This document shows positions 54,182 through 64,000 of a DNA stretch of 64,000 nt, one piece after another. Numbering within the stretch: position 1 is the first letter of the stretch; every line of letters begins with the position of its first letter. A program made the translations under genes and the position numbers. The stretch lies in assembly GCA_040954595.2 (NCBI GenBank), contig JBECUI020000029.1, positions 124,001 through 188,000 of the forward strand. Reading direction: 5' to 3'. Below the pieces are notes generated by a model that saw nothing but the letters and a program-made list of their open reading frames with translations, was not told the origin of the DNA and did no database searches. The stretch is from Balanoglossus misakiensis. Lineage: Eukaryota; Animalia; Hemichordata.

Positions 54182-55087
54182 GGCATTAACACATCAACGC
54201 TTCGGGGTGTCGTAACGGCGGCGCGGCGGGGGGGGGGGGGGGGACGTGAAAATGTTTGTATCAGGAACAAAATTCCCGTGCAAATCACCTTGATCCGGGT
54301 GGGTGGACTATTCGCGACAAATGTTGAAATCATACAAAGCATTTTACTTAATTAACCCATTTTTTTCATTTATTTGTTTACAGTTTACAACGTCATAGAG
54401 AAGTTGAACTAGAGACTGGATCAGCGTGGGTGACACCATAGTACACCAATGTTTTCTTCAGTTTGATTCAATTGTAATTTAAAACTGAGATTGCCTAACG
54501 CTTTCCCAGATTTTTTTAACCACTGAGAAACTGTGGGTTTTTTTCTGGGTTTTGGTGCGAGGTGATCTCAGTCAGTGGTGTTAATTTAATTAATCATTTT
54601 CTTTTCCTATTTACGTCGACTGAAATGTATTTTGATAGGTGATAGTCATACCATAAAAAAAATCTTACGGCGCGACTGCCAAAATGTACATTTATTTGTC
54701 CGTTCCAAGTTATTTTGTGTATGTGTGATGGGTGCCGGTGACTGTGCAGGGTTGATTTCCCTAGAGCGACTGTTATATTCGTTTTCCAACGATGATGAAT
54801 TTACATGTTATTTGCTTGGCATTTTGACGCAGAGACACTTCTGAAAACACAAACCTATTAATTATGCCACGGGTGTAAATTGATCACATTAAAAGAGGCT
54901 TTAGACGTTTGCCGCGAGCTCCTGGTGGGCAGAATCTTGTCAGCCCAAATTTGACTATAAGTACATAGCCAATGATGTGACGCTCTCCCACATCCTTCGC
55001 CGCGCCTTTTCGCTGATTTACAGCATCTTGCGTAAACACTGTCATTTGATCTTGCTTGGCAGAAGTCAACTTGCTCTATACTACATT

Positions 55088-55453
55088 ATGGCGGCCAAGC
55101 TCAACTGCATATCAGATAATGCCAAGGAGCGTTTGAGAGGCATCCTCGCCAGAAGGAGTCGCGTTTCCGGTGACTGTGTGCTCTGGACGGGTGCAGCTTG
55201 TCGAAACGGCTATGGCTCTATTACGTTCAGAGATGAGAACACTCTAACCGCCTATGTCCATCACATTGCACTCCTAATTAACGGAGTGCAATTGGTGGGC
55301 AGGCGGTTAGAGTGTTCTCATCTTTGCAACGAAAAGCTATGCATCCGCCCAGAGCACATTGTCCAGGAAACGCGACTCCTAAACATTTCACGAAAGACGT
55401 GCTTTAAATCCCCAAAAGGGGAGTGTCACCACGATCCCAGGTGCCTAAGGTGA
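55088..55453 (+). CDS. His-Cys box / His-Me finger endonuclease (copy 2)
   Basis: Identical protein to 23052-23417. Confidence 0.85.
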   Translation: MAAKLNCISDNAKERLRGILARRSRVSGDCVLWTGAACRNGYGSITFRDENTLTAYVHHIALLINGVQLVGRRLECSHLCNEKLCIRPEHIVQETRLLNISRKTCFKSPKGECHHDPRCLR

Positions 55454-56430
55454 GTAATCCTCTTCTCATTTGATATGTATTGTGTGACCCTGCAGTTGAA
55501 ACGCTTTCATCAATAATTTGCGGCGCGTGGGTAATCTCGGTGTTATTGACAATGCAGCCGGCCCAAACATTTTTAAATTAACACTGTTTCTGACTGTATT
55601 AACGAAATGTCCAATTTGCAAGTAGCCTATAGACAACCCTTTTGAATGAGTTTTGTCTCGTTGAGATTTTATACATAAGGAACAATCTAGATTTATTTTA
55701 GAAGACACTGTTCTTTTAAAACAGCTAGCATAATACAGCTAAATTTCGGAATTTCCGGACAATTTTCGGAATTCCTTTTAAATTTGAGAAATTTTTCATC
55801 AGATATAAGTGTTACTATTTATTGGACATGTTTTTATCATTGTTTACTTTTTAAGGTCATTCTCACCCCCCCCCCCCCAAAAAAAGCCGCTTTAGGCTTC
55901 ATGTTCAGTAAAAAATCTGGAAAGTTCAGCTGAATTTTACACTGATCACACATTTTTGGGAAGGTCTGGCGCAAAATAAAGGATGACAAATGTAAATCTA
56001 ATGTCACATTTGTAAACCTCTAAGTATTGTACACTCATTCTATTAAGTATATGCAAATAGTACGGATAATTTTTTCGGAATGTGGAATTCCGAAATTAGT
56101 TCGGAACGTGTTAGCAGTGAAGAGATCACCACTGAGGGTTGGAAGGCCTTGCCAGAAATTAACGCGTAAAGTACGCCCTCACAGGCCATGTAAACAAGGT
56201 CAAATAAGGCCGTCTGGCAAACGAATGATTAATTCAACGCGCCATTTGAGCCGAGCTGAGTTGGTCTGAGTTGCGTATCACACAGACTTAGGCTGAATGT
56301 CAGTGGAGTAACCAGTCCGTTTTAGATTTACCAATGATGTGAATTTAATTTCTTCACCCAGAAAAACAGAACACAACTTGTCTGCAACATGATGCTGGAG
56401 GTGACACATGACAGAGAAGTGGATCCGCGT

Positions 56431-56765
56431 TGTCAACACAGATGCCAGCATTCAAAAGGGGAGTGCCACCTGCTAAAATCAACTCATCTGCTGTTGGCCC
56501 ATTTTACCTGTGGCAACTGTTCAGAGGAGACAACGTTTATTCCGTGCAAGCCAACACGCAATGTTGGGGTCTACCTGTCAACACAGATGCAAGCATTCAT
56601 GTGAGTGAGTATCAGGACTGACCTTGTATTTGCTGAATAATTCATAATGCCTATTTTAGAATTCTTAGAGGCATTTGGAGTTCATTGCCTGGTCAACCAA
56701 ACTACACCCCTTAACAGCTGAAACAAAATGCGTATTGTGTTCATTCATTCATTGCATCAATATAT
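56431..56765. repeat. Diverged satellite monomer relic (copy 2)
   Basis: Same as 24396-24730. Confidence 0.83.
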
Positions 56766-57072
56766 ATAGGCAACATGAGTATCAAGTAGCACTATTTGTT
56801 TACGATTGTATTCATGAAAACTTCCCACTAACAATTCCACAGTTAATATTGAACACATTTATCCAACAAGGTCAAAAGAAAAAGGGAATCTTCTGGTTCC
56901 AAAATACGCCACAAATGTGGGTCAACATACAGTGAAATATTATGGTGCTCAAATATGCAACATATCAAATCTGTCTCATCAAAGTCATGCTTTAAAAAAG
57001 AATTGAAAAGGTATTATTTATCCATTTGACTGCTGTATTTTCAGAAGGAAAACAAACTGAATTTGGTTTTTC

Positions 57073-60000
57073 AAGTACCTTATATTTTCTGTAAAATAGA
57101 CATTTAATTGGCAAGCCGTCCTGCATCAATTATTAATTGTGTACATGCACTAAAGCGCCCTCACTGCTGGGTGTGTTGTATGGTCTTTAACCCTGTTTCA
57201 AATTAGAGTACTTTCTGCAATTTCAAGACAGATCTTACGTGCCATTGGAGAGCTCCATTGACTGGTCATTCATACTGTTTTCATTCATTCATTGCGGCAT
57301 CAATATATTTTATCTATTCTAGCCAAAGAGCTTGGCACCTGTTGAAATGAACTCATCTGCTGTGGGCCAGTTTATTGGTGGCAGTTGAGCTGAGGAGAGC
57401 ACCTTCCTTCCCGGCACGCCACCAAGTAAAGTTCCACGCCGCCCACCACAGATGCCAGCATTCATTCATGCGAGTGAGTGTAATTGCAAATTTGCCTATT
57501 CTAGATCTGTAATGGAAATGGAGAAAGTACCTTATATTTTCTGTAAAATAGACATTTAATTGGCAAGCCGTCCTGCATCAATTATTAATTGTGTACATGC
57601 ACTAAAGCGCCCTCACTGCTGGGTGTGTTGTATGGTCTTTAACCCTGTTTCAAATTAGAGTACTTTCTGCAATTTCAAGACAGATCTTACGTGCCATTGG
57701 AGAGCTCCATTGACTGGTCATTCATACTGTTTTCATTCATTCATTGCGGCATCAATATATTTTATCTATTCTAGCCAAAGAGCTTGGCACCTGTTGAAAT
57801 GAACTCATCTGCTGTGGGCCAGTTTATTGGTGGCAGTTGAGCTGAGGAGAGCACCTTCCTTCCCGGCACGCCACCAAGTAAAGTTCCACGCCGCCCACCA
57901 CAGATGCCAGCATTCATTCATGCGAGTGAGTGTAATTGCAAATTTGCCTATTCTAGATCTGTAATGGAAATGGAGAAAGTACCTTATATTTTCTGTAAAA
58001 TAGACATTTAATTGGCAAGCCGTCCTGCATCAATTATTAATTGTGTACATGCACTAAAGCGCCCTCACTGCTGGGTGTGTTGTATGGTCTTTAACCCTGT
58101 TTCAAATTAGAGTACTTTCTGCAATTTCAAGACAGATCTTACGTGCCATTGGAGAGCTCCATTGACTGGTCATTCATACTGTTTTCATTCATTCATTGCG
58201 GCATCAATATATTTTATCTATTCTAGCCAAAGAGCTTGGCACCTGTTGAAATGAACTCATCTGCTGTGGGCCAGTTTATTGGTGGCAGTTGAGCTGAGGA
58301 GAGCACCTTCCTTCCCGGCACGCCACCAAGTAAAGTTCCACGCCGCCCACCACAGATGCCAGCATTCATTCATGCGAGTGAGTGTAATTGCAAATTTGCC
58401 TATTCTAGATCTGTAATGGAAATGGAGAAAGTACCTTATATTTTCTGTAAAATAGACATTTAATTGGCAAGCCGTCCTGCATCAATTATTAATTGTGTAC
58501 ATGCACTAAAGCGCCCTCACTGCTGGGTGTGTTGTATGGTCTTTAACCCTGTTTCAAATTAGAGTACTTTCTGCAATTTCAAGACAGATCTTACGTGCCA
58601 TTGGAGAGCTCCATTGACTGGTCATTCATACTGTTTTCATTCATTCATTGCGGCATCAATATATTTTATCTATTCTAGCCAAAGAGCTTGGCACCTGTTG
58701 AAATGAACTCATCTGCTGTGGGCCAGTTTATTGGTGGCAGTTGAGCTGAGGAGAGCACCTTCCTTCCCGGCACGCCACCAAGTAAAGTTCCACGCCGCCC
58801 ACCACAGATGCCAGCATTCATTCATGCGAGTGAGTGTAATTGCAAATTTGCCTATTCTAGATTCTTACGTGCCATTGGAGAGCTCCATTGACTGGTCATT
58901 CATACTGTTTTCATTCATTCATTGCGGCATCAATATATTTTATCTATTCTAGCCAAAGAGCTTGGCACCTGTTGAAATGAACTCATCTGCTGTGGGCCAG
59001 TTTATTGGTGGCAGTTGAGCTGAGCAGAGCACCTTCCTTCCCGGCACGCCACCAAGTAAAGTTCCACGCCGCCCACCACAGATGCCAGCATTCATTCATG
59101 CGAGTGAGTGTAATTGCAAATTTGCCTATTCTAGAATCTTACGTGCCATTGGAGAGCTCCATTGACTGGTCATTCATACTGTTTTCATTCATTCATTGCG
59201 GCATCAATATATTTTATCTATTCTAGCCAAAGAGCTTGGCACCTGTTGAAATGAACTCATCTGCTGTGGGCCAGTTTATTGGTGGCAGTTGAGCTGAGGA
59301 GAGCACCTTCCTTCCCGGCACGCCACCAAGTAAAGTTCCACGCCGCCCACCACAGATGCCAGCATTCATTCATGCGAGTGAGTGTAATTGCAAATTTGCC
59401 TATTCTAGATCTGTAATGGAAATGGAGAAAGTACCTTATATTTTCTGTAAAATAGACATTTAATTGGCAAGCCGTCCTGCATCAATTATTAATTGTGTAC
59501 ATGCACTAAAGCGCCCTCACTGCTGGGTGTGTTGTATGGTCTTTAACCCTGTTTCAAATTAGAGTACTTTCTGCAATTTCAAGACAGATCTTACGTGCCA
59601 TTGGAGAGCTCCATTGACTGGTCATTCATACTGTTTTCATTCATTCATTGCGGCATCAATATATTTTATCTATTCTAGCCAAAGAGCTTGGCACCTGTTG
59701 AAATGAACTCATCTGCTGTGGGCCAGTTTATTGGTGGCAGTTGAGCTGAGGAGAGCACCTTCCTTCCCGGCACGCCACCAAGTAAAGTTCCACGCCGCCC
59801 ACCACAGATGCCAGCATTCATTCATGCGAGTGAGTGTAATTGCAAATTTGCCTATTCTAGATCTGTAATGGAAATGGAGAAAGTACCTTATATTTTCTGT
59901 AAAATAGACATTTAATTGGCAAGCCGTCCTGCATCAATTATTAATTGTGTACATGCACTAAAGCGCCCTCACTGCTGGGTGTGTTGTATGGTCTTTAACC

Positions 60001-63000
60001 CTGTTTCAAATTAGAGTACTTTCTGCAATTTCAAGACAGATCTTACGTGCCATTGGAGAGCTCCATTGACTGGTCATTCATACTGTTTTCATTCATTCAT
60101 TGCGGCATCAATATATTTTATCTATTCTAGCCAAAGAGCTTGGCACCTGTTGAAATGAACTCATCTGCTGTGGGCCAGTTTATTGGTGGCAGTTGAGCTG
60201 AGGAGAGCACCTTCCTTCCCGGCACGCCACCAAGTAAAGTTCCACGCCGCCCACCACAGATGCCAGCATTCATTCATGCGAGTGAGTGTAATTGCAAATT
60301 TGCCTATTCTAGATCTGTAATGGAAATGGAGAAAGTACCTTATATTTTCTGTAAAATAGACATTTAATTGGCAAGCCGTCCTGCATCAATTATTAATTGT
60401 GTACATGCACTAAAGCGCCCTCACTGCTGGGTGTGTTGTATGGTCTTTAACCCTGTTTCAAATTAGAGTACTTTCTGCAATTTCAAGACAGATCTTACGT
60501 GCCATTGGAGAGCTCCATTGACTGGTCATTCATACTGTTTTCATTCATTCATTGCGGCATCAATATATTTTATCTATTCTAGCCAAAGAGCTTGGCACCT
60601 GTTGAAATGAACTCATCTGCTGTGGGCCAGTTTATTGGTGGCAGTTGAGCTGAGGAGAGCACCTTCCTTCCCGGCACGCCACCAAGTAAAGTTCCACGCC
60701 GCCCACCACAGATGCCAGCATTCATTCATGCGAGTGAGTGTAATTGCAAATTTGCCTATTCTAGATCTGTAATGGAAATGGAGAAAGTACCTTATATTTT
60801 CTGTAAAATAGACATTTAATTGGCAAGCCGTCCTGCATCAATTATTAATTGTGTACATGCACTAAAGCGCCCTCACTGCTGGGTGTGTTGTATGGTCTTT
60901 AACCCTGTTTCAAATTAGAGTACTTTCTGCAATTTCAAGACAGATCTTACGTGCCATTGGAGAGCTCCATTGACTGGTCATTCATACTGTTTTCATTCAT
61001 TCATTGCGGCATCAATATATTTTATCTATTCTAGCCAAAGAGCTTGGCACCTGTTGAAATGAACTCATCTGCTGTGGGCCAGTTTATTGGTGGCAGTTGA
61101 GCTGAGGAGAGCACCTTCCTTCCCGGCACGCCACCAAGTAAAGTTCCACGCCGCCCACCACAGATGCCAGCATTCATTCATGCGAGTGAGTGTAATTGCA
61201 AATTTGCCTATTCTAGATCTGTAATGGAAATGGAGAAAGTACCTTATATTTTCTGTAAAATAGACATTTAATTGGCAAGCCGTCCTGCATCAATTATTAA
61301 TTGTGTACATGCACTAAAGCGCCCTCACTGCTGGGTGTGTTGTATGGTCTTTAACCCTGTTTCAAATTAGAGTACTTTCTGCAATTTCAAGACAGATCTT
61401 ACGTGCCATTGGAGAGCTCCATTGACTGGTCATTCATACTGTTTTCATTCATTCATTGCGGCATCAATATATTTTATCTATTCTAGCCAAAGAGCTTGGC
61501 ACCTGTTGAAATGAACTCATCTGCTGTGGGCCAGTTTATTGGTGGCAGTTGAGCTGAGGAGAGCACCTTCCTTCCCGGCACGCCACCAAGTAAAGTTCCA
61601 CGCCGCCCACCACAGATGCCAGCATTCATTCATGCGAGTGAGTGTAATTGCAAATTTGCCTATTCTAGATCTGTAATGGAAATGGAGAAAGTACCTTATA
61701 TTTTCTGTAAAATAGACATTTAATTGGCAAGCCGTCCTGCATCAATTATTAATTGTGTACATGCACTAAAGCGCCCTCACTGCTGGGTGTGTTGTATGGT
61801 CTTTAACCCTGTTTCAAATTAGAGTACTTTCTGCAATTTCAAGACAGATCTTACGTGCCATTGGAGAGCTCCATTGACTGGTCATTCATACTGTTTTCAT
61901 TCATTCATTGCGGCATCAATATATTTTATCTATTCTAGCCAAAGAGCTTGGCACCTGTTGAAATGAACTCATCTGCTGTGGGCCAGTTTATTGGTGGCAG
62001 TTGAGCTGAGGAGAGCACCTTCCTTCCCGGCACGCCACCAAGTAAAGTTCCACGCCGCCCACCACAGATGCCAGCATTCATTCATGCGAGTGAGTGTAAT
62101 TGCAAATTTGCCTATTCTAGATCTGTAATGGAAATGGAGAAAGTACCTTATATTTTCTGTAAAATAGACATTTAATTGGCAAGCCGTCCTGCATCAATTA
62201 TGAATTGTGTACATGCACTAAAGCGCCCTCACTGCTGGGTGTGTTGTATGGTCTTTAACCCTGTTTCAAATTAGAGTACTTTCTGCAATTTCAAGACAGA
62301 TCTTACGTGCCATTGGAGAGCTCCATTGACTGGTCATTCATACTGTTTTCATTCATTCATTGCGGCATCAATATATTTTATCTATTCTAGCCAAAGAGCT
62401 TGGCACCTGTTGAAATGAACTCATCTGCTGTGGGCCAGTTTATTGGTGGCAGTTGAGCTGAGAAGAGCACCTTCCTTCCCGGCACGCCACCAAGTAAAGT
62501 TCCACGCCGCCCACCACAGATGCCAGCATTCATTCATGCGAGTGAGTGTAATTGCAAATTTGCCTATTCTAGATCTGTAATGGAAATGGAGAAAGTACCT
62601 TATATTTTCTGTAAAATAGACATTTAATTGGCAAGCCGTCCTGCATCAATTATGAATTGTGTACATGCACTAAAGCGCCCTCACTGCTGGGTGTGTTGTA
62701 TGGTCTTTAACCCTGTTTCAAATTAGAGTACTTTCTGCAATTTCAAGACAGATCTTACGTGCCATTGGAGAGCTCCATTGACTGGTCATTCATACTGTTT
62801 TCATTCATTCATTGCGGCATCAATATATTTTATCTATTCTAGCCAAAGAGCTTGGCACCTGTTGAAATGAACTCATCTGCTGTGGGCCAGTTTATTGGTG
62901 GCAGTTGAGCTGAGCAGAGCACCTTCCTTCCCGGCACGCCACCAAGTAAAGTTCCACGCCGCCCACCACAGATGCCAGCATTCATTCATGCGAGTGAGTG

Positions 63001-64000
63001 TAATTGCAAATTTGCCTATTCTAGATCTGTAATGGAAATGGAGAAAGTACCTTATATTTTCTGTAAAATAGACATTTAATTGGCAAGCCGTCCTGCATCA
63101 ATTATGAATTGTGTACATGCACTAAAGCGCCCTCACTGCTGGGTGTGTTGTATGGTCTTTAACCCTGTTTCAAATTAGAGTACTTTCTGCAATTTCAAGA
63201 CAGATCTTACGTGCCATTGGAGAGCTCCATTGACTGGTCATTCATACTGTTTTCATTCATTCATTGCGGCATCAATATATTTTATCTATTCTAGCCAAAG
63301 AGCTTGGCACCTGTTGAAATGAACTCATCTGCTGTGGGCCAGTTTATTGGTGGCAGTTGAGCTGAGAAGAGCACCTTCCTTCCCGGCACGCCACCAAGTA
63401 AAGTTCCACGCCGCCCACCACAGATGCCAGCATTCATTCATGCGAGTGAGTGTAATTGCAAATTTGCCTATTCTAGATCTGTAATGGAAATGGAGAAAGT
63501 ACCTTATATTTTCTGTAAAATAGACATTTAATTGGCAAGCCGTCCTGCATCAATTATGAATTGTGTACATGCACTAAAGCGCCCTCACTGCTGGGTGTGT
63601 TGTATGGTCTTTAACCCTGTTTCAAATTAGAGTACTTTCTGCAATTTCAAGACAGATCTTACGTGCCATTGGAGAGCTCCATTGACTGGTCATTCATACT
63701 GTTTTCATTCATTCATTGCGGCATCAATATATTTTATCTATTCTAGCCAAAGAGCTTGGCACCTGTTGAAATGAACTCATCTGCTGTGGGCCAGTTTATT
63801 GGTGGCAGTTGAGCTGAGGAGAGCACCTTCCTTCCCGGCACGCCACCAAGTAAAGTTCCACGCCGCCCACCACAGATGCCAGCATTCATTCATGCGAGTG
63901 AGTGTAATTGCAAATTTGCCTATTCTAGATCTGTAATGGAAATGGAGAAAGTACCTTATATTTTCTGTAAAATAGACATTTAATTGGCAAGCCGTCCTGC
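57073..64000. repeat. Satellite array 3
   Basis: Mostly 452-bp monomers, with two 274-bp monomers at about 58731 and 59005; runs off the window end. Confidence 0.99.

Larger units (their letters stand above)
48915..57072. mobile_element. 8.15-kb multi-gene cassette, copy 2
   Basis: Near-identical to 16885-25037; differences seen are a few SNPs and homopolymer lengths. Confidence 0.85.

Noticed and set aside
48915-57072. Cassette copy 2 as a pure assembly duplication
   Set aside because: The copies differ by SNPs and have different flanking monomer patterns and MITE status, though read-level confirmation is still desirable.
1618-59226. Dozens of 63-73 aa ORFs (MVAVELRR..., MTSQWSS...) in the satellite
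   Set aside because: The + ORFs start at TTG, exist only as by-products of short-monomer junctions and show no recognisable domain.

Overview
Eukaryotic (spliceosomal introns, likely animal) satellite-DNA region. About 47 kb is a highly homogeneous tandem array of 452-bp monomers plus 275/274/265-bp variants, organised into a 20-monomer, 7243-bp higher-order repeat. The array is interrupted twice (16885-25037 and 48915-57072, 32030 bp apart) by a near-identical ~8.15-kb gene cassette. The cassette holds a Sola1-like DDD transposase split into two intact head-to-head genes (N-terminal half on -, catalytic half on +), a 4-exon gene for a winged-helix-like domain fused to a SETD8/PR-Set7-like SET methyltransferase, a His-Cys box (His-Me finger) endonuclease, and a diverged copy of the satellite monomer. 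The long monomer is the short monomer plus a 177-bp TIR-bounded MITE-like insert, and the short variants resemble excision footprints. A separate young 424-bp TA-TSD MITE with 189-bp TIRs lies at 48363-48786. Family assignments come from motif recognition by eye, not database searches.
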